20,667 nt of DNA from Candidatus Rifleibacteriota bacterium. Lineage in GTDB: Bacteria; Muiribacteriota; Ozemobacteria; Ozemobacterales; Ozemobacteraceae. Made by a program: the position numbers and the translations under genes. The first letter of the stretch is position 1, and each line of letters opens with the position of its first letter. The notes under the pieces are model-generated. The model saw only the letters and a list, made by a program, of their open reading frames with translations, was not told the origin of the DNA and did no database searches. Positions 1-7,488 of the stretch are shown piece after piece. Location: positions 1 through 20,667 of the forward strand of contig CAJOND010000051.1 in NCBI GenBank assembly GCA_905236675.1, given 5' to 3'.

Positions 1-23
1 ATTTTTAAAAATTTAAATCAAAA

Positions 24-93
24 TTGCAGGACTAAATGCAATTTCTATTTTTGCAGAACTAAACGCAATTTAACTTGCATTTACTTTTGCAAT
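24..93. promoter_or_regulatory. Array of three palindromic TTGCA-N8-TGCAA sites (24-41, 51-68 with one mismatch, 76-93) upstream of the first CDS; candidate operator array for a dimeric transcription factor
   Basis: Seen directly: ttgcaGGACTAAAtgcaa, ttgcaGAACTAAAcgcaa, ttgcaTTTACTTTtgcaa; start-to-start spacing 27 and 25 bp. The first two copies extend to a 21-nt direct repeat (19/21 identical). Confidence 0.45.
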
Positions 94-186
94 TAACAAA
101 GAACAATTAGACTAATTTTAACTCTTGCTATGTGTACGAAAAATAATTATAATTATAAGACAATCTTACATTTTGGGGTAAAAATT

Positions 187-1296
187 ATGTTTGATTTAAA
201 AAAGACAATAATAACTTTAACTATAATTGGTATCGTTGCTAATCCTGTTTCTGCTAAAAAACAGAAAGAAGAAAGCGAATTCAAAAAATGGATAAAATAC
301 AATTATGAAGCTGAACATTATCAACAGGACGGTTTAAAATTAGTAGACCCGAAAGGTGATGCTTACCTTATTCGTAAAATTGATACTGTTCCCATGAAAC
401 TGTTGTCTTCTTTAGTTAAGAGTTCTTACCCCCAGGCTGAAATAGAAAAAGAAAAACAGCTTGCAGAACTTGAATCATCCATGAAAAACGGAACTGTTCC
501 TTATCAAATAGGTAAAACTGTTCCAATAGATGTTGACAGACTAATCAATAAATGCCGTCATATTATGCGTCATTACTATCCTGATATTACCCCAACAATG
601 GGTGAAGAACATGATTGGTCTCCAGAAGCTAAAAAATACCTTCTTTATGGTTTCTGGCATCGCTTAGGTCGTCATATTTTTGGTAAACAAAAAGAATTTC
701 CTAGTCCTTTATTCTTGAGAAGCAAACTTTTCTTATGCCTAGCTTGCGGTTGGACTTCACGCTATTGTGTAACTGGTCAGGAAGAAGCATTAAAAGAACG
801 TCTAATGAAATATCCTGATCGAAGAGTTCAAATTCACCATATGTTTGCAGAAAGTTACAGATTAAATAAAGGTAATATTTATCTGACTTTCTTGACCTGC
901 GAAAATATTCTTGCCGGTGACCCATACAGAGAAGACCGTGAAAACGATCCACTTCAGAAAAAACTTGCTTATATCCGCCATGATTCTAAAGATATAGGCG
1001 ATAACTATGGTGCCTGGTATCATTTCTTTGGTATTTCTCTTTATGGTTTAATTAGAGCTGGCGTAGTCAGTCGCTCAGTTGCCGAAATAGAAAGTGTTGG
1101 TTCTTTCTTCTTGGAAGGAGCCGACAAACAGGAAGATTACATAAACCGCTATGGTGCTATATTTGGCAAAAAATTCAAAAAAATGATGAAAAAAGAAACT
1201 TGGAAAGTTCCTCTTCAATCAACTGACAGAACAGATTATATGCTTCCAAATGTTCTGCAGCCAGATAATAAAAACTACAAGAAGGCTTCTTTCTGA
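187..1296 (+). CDS. Hypothetical secreted protein (Sec signal peptide, cleavage after VSA)
   Basis: ORF track 130..1296. The internal ATG at 187 gives MFDLKKTIITLTIIGIVANPVSA|KK, a classic n-h-c signal peptide, and has a GGGG-containing SD 9 nt upstream. An alternative start is at 130. No recognisable catalytic motif. Confidence 0.6.
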   Translation: MFDLKKTIITLTIIGIVANPVSAKKQKEESEFKKWIKYNYEAEHYQQDGLKLVDPKGDAYLIRKIDTVPMKLLSSLVKSSYPQAEIEKEKQLAELESSMKNGTVPYQIGKTVPIDVDRLINKCRHIMRHYYPDITPTMGEEHDWSPEAKKYLLYGFWHRLGRHIFGKQKEFPSPLFLRSKLFLCLACGWTSRYCVTGQEEALKERLMKYPDRRVQIHHMFAESYRLNKGNIYLTFLTCENILAGDPYREDRENDPLQKKLAYIRHDSKDIGDNYGAWYHFFGISLYGLIRAGVVSRSVAEIESVGSFFLEGADKQEDYINRYGAIFGKKFKKMMKKETWKVPLQSTDRTDYMLPNVLQPDNKNYKKASF

Positions 1297-1364
1297 AATA
1301 GAAGATCAAAACTGGAGAAATAAAATACAAGATTAAAGTTTTTGTTGTTTTGGGTTAATAAAAG

Positions 1365-1392
1365 TTATTTTATCAAAGCTTTGATAAAATAA
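1365..1392. promoter_or_regulatory. Perfect 28-bp AT-rich palindrome ttattttatcaaag|ctttgataaaataa; operator-like or weak hairpin
   Basis: Seen directly; perfect 14+14 inverted repeat between the secreted-protein gene and the ClC gene. No T-run follows on the + strand. Confidence 0.35.
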
Positions 1393-1461
1393 ACCACTAC
1401 AAAACCTACTACAATAAAAACTTTTTTATATTTTAATCTTCCATCTTCAATCTAAAAAACA

Positions 1462-2745
1462 ATGTCCTCTCTACATATTTCTGATCATTTAAAACACTCT
1501 TTACAATCCAATACACTAGCCTTATTTAAATGGCTGGTGTTATCTGTTTTTATAGGTATTGTCGTAGGATTGGTCGGAGTCAGTTTTCACTTCACCTTAG
1601 AATACGTTACTGAATTAAGACAGGAAAAGCCTTGGCTTCTATTATTAATGCCATTGGCTGGGTTAATAATTGTAGCTTTATATCATTATTCTGGAATGGA
1701 AGATGATACTGGTACAGAAACTGTTATAACTTCTGTGCGCAACGGCGCTTTAGTACGTTTGCGTATGGCTTCCCTCATTTATATTTCTACTATATTAACT
1801 CATTTAACAGGTGGCAGTGCCGGTCGAGAAGGAGCCGCTCTTCAACTTGGAGGAAGCATATCATCTGCCATTGGACGTTATCTGAAACTTGACGACCGAG
1901 ATCAAAGAGTTATAACAATGTGCGGCATGGCTACAGGTTTTTCAGCTCTATTTGGAACCCCTTTAGCTGCTGCTGTTTTTGCTATGGAAGTAGAAACAGT
2001 TGGAGTTATGTATTATGCAGCTTTGGTCCCCTGTATCCTTGGAGCTTTAACCGCACGTCAAGTGGCAGGCTGGTTCAATGCTTCAGGAACTTCTTTTAAT
2101 ATTTTAAAAGCTCCAGAATTAGCTACACCTCAAGATACCATTTCGCTAATAATATTAGGTGTTCTTTGCGGAATATTAGCAAATATATTTTGCAGAATAT
2201 TAGAATATTTTGGAAAGATGTATAAAAAAAGATTTCCCAATAGATGGTATAGAATTCTGATAGGTTCTATCACAGTAATTTTCTTTTCTATTATGGTTAG
2301 AAGCAACACCTATAATGGAGCGGGTATATGGGTTATACAAAAAGCAATGGAAGGAAACTCTGAGCCACTAGCATTTTTCTTTAAAATGCTATTAACAGCT
2401 TTAACATTGAATTGTGGCTTCAAAGGAGGAGAAATAGTACCTGCGTTTTTTGTAGGCGCAACTTTTGGTTGTTTTATTGGACCAATAATAGGATTAGACG
2501 CTTCTTTTGCTGCAGGTGTCGGACTTGTTAGCGTTTTCTGCGGAGTAACCAATGCTCCGATGACTTCTATTATGCTTTCGTATGAACTTTTCGGTGGCGT
2601 TGGAGTTAAATTTATGGCTTTAGCTATTGCTATCAGTTATATGACCTCTGGTTATCACAGCCTTTTCCACAGCCAAAAAATAGCCTATTCTAAAATTAAA
2701 GCAAAATATATAGATGTTTTCTCTGACGATAATACCGACGAATAA
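1462..2745 (+). CDS. ClC-family voltage-gated chloride channel / H+-Cl- antiporter
   Basis: Polytopic membrane protein. ClC-type motifs GGSAGREGAALQLGG (GxEGP-like), FGTPLAAAVFAMEV (GxPxxGxxFxxEx) and GGEIVPAFFVGATFG (GxFxP) are present. Confidence 0.8.
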   Translation: MSSLHISDHLKHSLQSNTLALFKWLVLSVFIGIVVGLVGVSFHFTLEYVTELRQEKPWLLLLMPLAGLIIVALYHYSGMEDDTGTETVITSVRNGALVRLRMASLIYISTILTHLTGGSAGREGAALQLGGSISSAIGRYLKLDDRDQRVITMCGMATGFSALFGTPLAAAVFAMEVETVGVMYYAALVPCILGALTARQVAGWFNASGTSFNILKAPELATPQDTISLIILGVLCGILANIFCRILEYFGKMYKKRFPNRWYRILIGSITVIFFSIMVRSNTYNGAGIWVIQKAMEGNSEPLAFFFKMLLTALTLNCGFKGGEIVPAFFVGATFGCFIGPIIGLDASFAAGVGLVSVFCGVTNAPMTSIMLSYELFGGVGVKFMALAIAISYMTSGYHSLFHSQKIAYSKIKAKYIDVFSDDNTDE

Positions 2746-2754
2746 AATGTAAGC

Positions 2755-2782
2755 AAAAAAAAGAGCCGCGCTATGCGGCTCT
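2755..2782 (-). terminator. Rho-independent terminator for the convergent minus-strand gene (may also act weakly for ClC)
   Basis: Stem agagccgc/gcggctct (8 bp, loop gctat) preceded on + by A8, which is a U-run after the hairpin on the minus strand. Confidence 0.6.
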
Positions 2783-2872
2783 AGCCCTAGTAAAATATAT
2801 CCCAAATTCCCTTTCAAGAGGAGTAATAATCAATTTTAGAAATTACCACTCACAATCAACAACCACCACATA

Positions 2873-4168
2873 TCAGATAATTGATACAGTTATTTTAGTA
2901 TCAACGTTTTTAACAATATTATCATCATCCTGACCCTTTATAGAGTTAAGAATCATTTCTTTGAACAGATCCATAATATGATTTTTTCGTTTAAAGGCTT
3001 CTACATATAAATTATTATCAGAATTATTGCTAGCTAATTTAATTTCAACTTCCGGATTTTCTTCAGAAACTGTAGAATCTGTTGCTACCACTACATTTGA
3101 AGCATCAGAAGAGTTGGAAGATCCATTGTTTGTAGAACTACTAGAACTTGCTGTAGCAATGCTTTTACTTGAAGAATCACCTATTTCAACACCTGTTGAA
3201 GCCACTCCAGTAGTAGCATTCCCTTTGGTGTCAACCATCTTCAAACCACCTGCTGCTGTAGTTTCTATTTCAGAACTCTTTATAATAGATAGGTTTCTAC
3301 CTGCATATCTATTTGTATTAAGACTTGTTCCAATTCCATAAGAATAATTTGAAGTTCCACCAAGCAATGCAGCTAATTGAGTATTAGCAGCATCTATAGC
3401 TGAATAACCTGCCAAACTAGAAGAATTAGAATAGTTAGTCATAGAAGAAGTCAAGCTCGAAAGTAAGCTGGATGCTAAAGAATTTCCTGAACCTCCCAAA
3501 AGGCTTGAAGAGCTTAATAAGCTTGAATTACTTAATAAATTCGAGTAATCGGTTAGCGAGTTCCCTAATAAATTAGAAGAACCGAGAAGAGTAGAATTTA
3601 AACCGCTGACTGATGATTTTAAAGCGAGAAACATATTATCTAAGTAAGAACTTATATAGCTTTTTAGTTCTTCGGTCTGTGAAGAAATCATATCATCAGT
3701 TTTCTTCATATATGCAGTTAAAAGATTTTCGTTGTGAGATTTGTCCGCTCTTAGTGCGTCTGCAAAAGCCAATGTTGTATCTCTGAATTTTCCGCCCATG
3801 ACATGACCTACTTCAGTAGTAATGCGAGTGCTGATTTTAATAAACATTGTGAAGCAGGAACCGGCAGTAAGTTTTTCTTCTTCTGTAGCTTCGCTATCAT
3901 CTGCTTCGTCCAATTCAGAAACAGCGGAAGAAGCTTCCAATTCTTCGACTTCCTCAGTTTCATCAACACTTTCTTCAATATGTTGATTACCACAGCAGCA
4001 GACATGTTCTGGTCTTTTGCCATTACAGTTTCTAAGAGCCTGTAACATAACAGAATCAAAATCTTCAGTAGTATTTTCAGTAGGATTGTTTGCCGAAACA
4101 GAACTAGAATTTTGAGTAGTAAGGCCTGAAGTTACCATATTGCTATTTAATTCATTTATTGTGGACAT
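2873..4168 (-). CDS. Hypothetical 431-aa protein: N-terminal Ser/Thr/Asn-rich segment, HVCCCGNQH cysteine cluster, poly-acidic (E/D) stretch, central putative folded region, long Ser/Leu/Asn/Gly low-complexity repeats (LLGSSNLLGNS...), no signal peptide
   Basis: The ORF track gives 2873..4258 using a TTG start. An ATG at 4168 with a perfect AAGGAGG SD 6 nt upstream is the likely real start (MSTINELNS...). No family recognised by eye. Confidence 0.6.
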   Translation of the reverse strand: MSTINELNSNMVTSGLTTQNSSSVSANNPTENTTEDFDSVMLQALRNCNGKRPEHVCCCGNQHIEESVDETEEVEELEASSAVSELDEADDSEATEEEKLTAGSCFTMFIKISTRITTEVGHVMGGKFRDTTLAFADALRADKSHNENLLTAYMKKTDDMISSQTEELKSYISSYLDNMFLALKSSVSGLNSTLLGSSNLLGNSLTDYSNLLSNSSLLSSSSLLGGSGNSLASSLLSSLTSSMTNYSNSSSLAGYSAIDAANTQLAALLGGTSNYSYGIGTSLNTNRYAGRNLSIIKSSEIETTAAGGLKMVDTKGNATTGVASTGVEIGDSSSKSIATASSSSSTNNGSSNSSDASNVVVATDSTVSEENPEVEIKLASNNSDNNLYVEAFKRKNHIMDLFKEMILNSIKGQDDDNIVKNVDTKITVSII

Positions 4169-4182
4169 ATCTGCCTCCTTAT

Positions 4183-4317
4183 TTATCTTTCTATATTTAT
4201 CTGAACTAAGCGTTCTGGGAAGAACACTGTAGTGAATAGAGGTTTCGAGACGAACCAAACAATGCCGTCATAGAGATCGTTAGTTTTTATTTTGTTTGCT
4301 TTATTTATATTTTTCAT
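4183..4317 (-). CDS. Candidate 44-codon upstream ORF / leader peptide (MKNINKANKIKTNDLYDGIVWFVSKPLFTTVFFPERLVQINIER)
   Basis: ATG at 4317 with an AAGGAG SD 9 nt upstream. Its TAA stop (4183-4185) sits 3 nt before the AAGGAGG SD of the 431-aa gene. Not in the ORF track (below its length cutoff). It could be a chance ORF in AT-rich DNA. Confidence 0.2.
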   Translation of the reverse strand: MKNINKANKIKTNDLYDGIVWFVSKPLFTTVFFPERLVQINIER

Positions 4318-4577
4318 TTAGGTTTGCTCCTTAATTTTTCAGGCCAAGAGGGGGCTTATCCGATTCGTCTTAGTCCTCATAGTATATCCTTCGGTGAATC
4401 AAATACGAAATTACAAGATGATTTTAGGAGATTATAGCTATTTTTAATAAAAATACTGCTAATTTCTTAAAATTTCTGTTAAATTTCACTACTTTATATT
4501 TTTTTAATTATTTTTATATTTTTTGTTCACGAAAAAATATATTGTGAAAAGTCAAAACTTTAGATTAGAATAATCTT

Positions 4578-4838
4578 ATGTGGATAGTAATACTTAATTT
4601 TTGTCTCTTCGTTCTGTTAATCGGATTCATGTTCTATGGTTTGAGTAAATGGACAAAACTTATAACTGAATATAATGATGGCAGCGAAGAACAAACAAAT
4701 GAATCCAAAGAAACCGATTCAGATTCTTTTAATAACGTAGTAGATGCAACATATTACAGGCTTCCATTATGGTTCTTGTTTGTAGGTATTGGAATTAGCC
4801 AGATAATATCTTTAATACAGTATCTGTTAGGTTATTAA
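4578..4838 (+). CDS. Small hypothetical membrane protein (two predicted TM helices flanking an acidic linker)
   Basis: ORF track. Hydrophobic N- and C-terminal segments. No clear SD. Ends 20 nt upstream of the peptidase gene. Confidence 0.4.
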   Translation: MWIVILNFCLFVLLIGFMFYGLSKWTKLITEYNDGSEEQTNESKETDSDSFNNVVDATYYRLPLWFLFVGIGISQIISLIQYLLGY

Positions 4839-4858
4839 TAAAAAGGGGGAATAATAAG

Positions 4859-5755
4859 TTGAGTAATTTTGCAAGTGAAAACAAAAGATTTTCAGGTTTA
4901 AAAGCTGAACATTTTCAGCACAAATGGGATCAGCAAGCAGTTACTGCATTGCAAGCAATACCAGGTTTCGAATTTCTTGTTAAAAAGCTTATGGAAATAG
5001 GTTTTGAACAGTTTTTTAGAATAACCAATCTTGCCAGTAATGTTCATGTTACAGGTAAAATGCTACCTGATCTGCAAGATAAGCTAAAAACAGCTTGCGA
5101 AATACTTGATGTTGCTATTCCTGATTTATATATTAGCACCAACCCTGTTCCTAATGCTTTTACATATGGCGACACCAAACCTTTTATCGTTCTCACTTCA
5201 GGATTATTAGAATCAATGAGCGAAGAAGAAATACTATTCGTTCTAGGTCATGAAATAGGTCATATTAAATGTGGTCATGTTTTATATAAAACTATGGCAA
5301 GACACTTTGCTCTTGTTCTAGAAATAATTGCCAATGCAACATTCGGTTTTTCTCGCATATTAGGCGCTGGACTAGAAATGGCAATATATGACTGGGAAAG
5401 AAAATCCGAACTTTCTGCTGATAGAGCAGGTCTTATAGTTACTCAAAGTTTGCCTATTGCTAACAGAAGTTTTATGAAAATGGCAGCCTCAGCACCAAGT
5501 ATATATTCTCAAATGGATGAAAATGAATTTCTAAAACAGGTTGAAACCTATGAAGACGCATCTGAAGCCTCTTTTATAAATCAAGCATATATTGCTCTAA
5601 TAACAGCTAAGATGTCTCATCCATTCACTATTCTAAGAGCTAAAAAGCTGGTTGACTGGGTTAAAAAAGGTGAATTCACTCAGGTTACAGGGATAACTGT
5701 AGAAGAAGTCCAAGCCAGATTCGCCACAAAAAAACCAGATACCAAAGAACAGTGA
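4859..5755 (+). CDS. M48-family (HtpX/Ste24-like) zinc metallopeptidase, apparently soluble
   Basis: HEIGH (HExxH) in LGHEIGHIKCGH plus a downstream ExxSADRAG third-ligand-like motif. TTG start with a GGGGG SD 9 nt upstream. Confidence 0.6.
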   Translation: MSNFASENKRFSGLKAEHFQHKWDQQAVTALQAIPGFEFLVKKLMEIGFEQFFRITNLASNVHVTGKMLPDLQDKLKTACEILDVAIPDLYISTNPVPNAFTYGDTKPFIVLTSGLLESMSEEEILFVLGHEIGHIKCGHVLYKTMARHFALVLEIIANATFGFSRILGAGLEMAIYDWERKSELSADRAGLIVTQSLPIANRSFMKMAASAPSIYSQMDENEFLKQVETYEDASEASFINQAYIALITAKMSHPFTILRAKKLVDWVKKGEFTQVTGITVEEVQARFATKKPDTKEQ

Positions 5756-5780
5756 AAATATAGTGTTAAGAAAAGTAAAA

Positions 5781-5821
5781 ATTGAGATGAGAGAATAAAA
5801 ACCTCTTATCTCAATTTTTAT
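5781..5821 (+). terminator. Rho-independent terminator after the peptidase gene
   Basis: attgagatgagag...ctcttatctcaat (13-bp stem, one mismatch) followed by TTTTT. Confidence 0.6.
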
Positions 5822-6057
5822 TCATAATTATCTATAAACTTCAAGCAATATTAAACAAATTAAATAAATCAATAAAAACTATTATAAATAAAAAGATAAC
5901 CACGTTTTTTATTTAAATAATAAATATTAATTATTGTTTTCAAATATGTGAGCTATATTCAATAAAGAAATTAGACATTTGTCACAAGAGTTTTTAGTCA
6001 ATTTTTCATCATAACCTATATTCTCATTAATACAATTTTTATTTACTCTGATATTTT

Positions 6058-6714
6058 CTATCTCAGGTTTAGCTTCAATAATTCTTGAGCAAACTTCATC
6101 TGTAATAATCCCTTTAAATAAATATGGATCAGCATCGGATAAAATAACATATTTTTTTTAAATAATTGGTTTTTAATATTATATGAATCTTGGTTCCTTA
6201 TTTTTTTTAACTTTTTTGATCCCGAAGATAAAAGACAATATGTAAAATAGCCTATTATTAAAATAACTAAAAATGAGATAAGAGAAAACAGATATGCTTC
6301 AATTTTTCCTTGAAATAACGCAAAAAAACAAGGTATTGAATAAAATAATATCAAACATAATAAAATACTACCTATTGCAATATCTACATTGGCAGCATTT
6401 TTAGCTGAAATAATTGTAGTAATTTCAAAATCAGGGTAATTATCTTTCATTTTAAGGGAACCAAATGATATCCAACGAGAAGTATCATTTTTCCTATGTG
6501 TAATATGATAGTATTCGATTATACAATAATCATAACCCTCTTTTTGACCAGTTATAATGTTACTATCCTTCATCTCATCTTTATAATCTAGATTAAATAC
6601 ATCTTTTAATGATTCGGCCCCGTATACATAATTAGCATTCATTTCTTTACATAATTCTCTTACAGCTTCAATCCTTTTGGTTACCATTTCCTTAGAACCA
6701 TCGAAAAGTCCCAT
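6058..6714 (-). CDS. Hypothetical membrane protein (about 110-aa cytoplasmic N-domain, two TM helices, basic C-tail)
   Basis: ORF track. AGGAGA SD upstream of the ATG at 6714. The 3' part contains A9 and A8 homopolymer runs on the coding strand. Confidence 0.5.
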   Translation of the reverse strand: MGLFDGSKEMVTKRIEAVRELCKEMNANYVYGAESLKDVFNLDYKDEMKDSNIITGQKEGYDYCIIEYYHITHRKNDTSRWISFGSLKMKDNYPDFEITTIISAKNAANVDIAIGSILLCLILFYSIPCFFALFQGKIEAYLFSLISFLVILIIGYFTYCLLSSGSKKLKKIRNQDSYNIKNQLFKKNMLFYPMLIHIYLKGLLQMKFAQELLKLNLR

Positions 6715-6846
6715 ATAATCTCCTATCTATCAATATAGTAAAACTATTAATATGTAAGTAACTAAAAATACAAAATATGATTACAATGATATATTTTGTA
6801 TTCTAATTTGCCGGACTGAATAAAATATTGGTTTCCATTTTTTCTA

Positions 6847-7407
6847 CTATCCCTTCAAAATTTCTATGACTTTCTCATTTTTTTGTGAAATAGCCAAATC
6901 TAAAGGGGTTTGACCATCAACACTTTTAATTGTTGGGTCACAACCTGCTTTTAATAAAACTTTCACTGCTTCTGGATGATTCTGCTGTGCAGCCAGGTGA
7001 AGTGGGGTCCAACCGTCATTATCACCTAGATTCAATTCTATATCATAATTCAGAAGCTGATTTATTACCGGAACACAACCTCTAAAACCTGCCCAGTGCA
7101 AAGGAGTCCAACCGTCTCTTTCAATCTTTCGAGGGTCTGCCCCATGAGCCAATAAAATAGCAAAAGTTTCCGGCTTTTCTCTAGCAGCAGTAAGATGTAA
7201 AGGAGATACCCCATCCATATTTAAAGCGTCAACTTCAGCCCCTTTTTCTAATAGCAAATTTGTTGCTTTAACCATACCAAGCTTAGAAGCAAGATGCAGA
7301 GGAGTAACTCCTGTAGGATCTTTTTCCATAACATTTTCACCCGAGTTTATTAATTCAACAGCAAGATTTTCATCATTTTTATTTAAAGCTTCTAATAGTT
7401 TATTCAT
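6847..7407 (-). CDS. Ankyrin-repeat protein (about 5 ANK repeats)
   Basis: Repeated TPLH(L/W)A...G....V..LL..GA(D/E) units (TPLHLASKLG, SPLHLTAARE, TPLHWAGFRG, TPLHLAAQQN, TPLDLAISQK). AAGGAG SD 7 nt before the ATG. Confidence 0.85.
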   Translation of the reverse strand: MNKLLEALNKNDENLAVELINSGENVMEKDPTGVTPLHLASKLGMVKATNLLLEKGAEVDALNMDGVSPLHLTAAREKPETFAILLAHGADPRKIERDGWTPLHWAGFRGCVPVINQLLNYDIELNLGDNDGWTPLHLAAQQNHPEAVKVLLKAGCDPTIKSVDGQTPLDLAISQKNEKVIEILKG

Positions 7408-7417
7408 AGTAAACTCC

Positions 7418-7446
7418 TTGATATAATTCTAAAAATCTATTATACT
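7418..7446 (+). promoter_or_regulatory. Sigma70-type promoter TTGATA-17-TATACT for the SPFH gene
   Basis: Seen directly: -35 at 7418-7423 and -10 at 7441-7446 with a 17-nt spacer. A GGAGGG SD follows at about 7473. Confidence 0.5.
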
Positions 7447-7488
7447 ATTCTTTAGTTAATTTCATTTATTTTTTTTTGGAGGGAAATT

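Noticed and set aside
24-93. Sigma54 promoter (TTGCA as the -12 element)
   Set aside because: No TGGCAC-like -24 element lies at the correct 4-5 nt spacing upstream of any TTGCA copy. The TGCAA dyad partner argues for operator sites instead.
130-186. Upstream ATG at 130 as the start of the first CDS
   Set aside because: The extension MCTKNNYNYKTILHFGVKI would bury the signal peptide and lacks an SD. The ATG at 187 gives a canonical Sec signal and has a G-rich SD. I keep 130 only as an alternative.
701-952. 83-aa minus-strand ORF (and similar antisense ORFs at 2310-2552, 2620-2817, 3027-3341, 3803-4059, 7767-8589, 10404-10722, 10841-11481, 15763-15963, 16665-17748, 18208-18507, 19060-19377)
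   Set aside because: Each lies entirely inside, and antisense or out of frame to, a longer ORF with clear family motifs. They have no SD and their low-complexity products are typical of shadow ORFs. I treat them as non-coding.
2779-2790. Shared 11-mer tctagccctag at 2780 and 20329 as evidence of a dispersed repeat
   Set aside because: An 11-nt match is expected many times by chance in 20 kb. The flanks do not extend the similarity.
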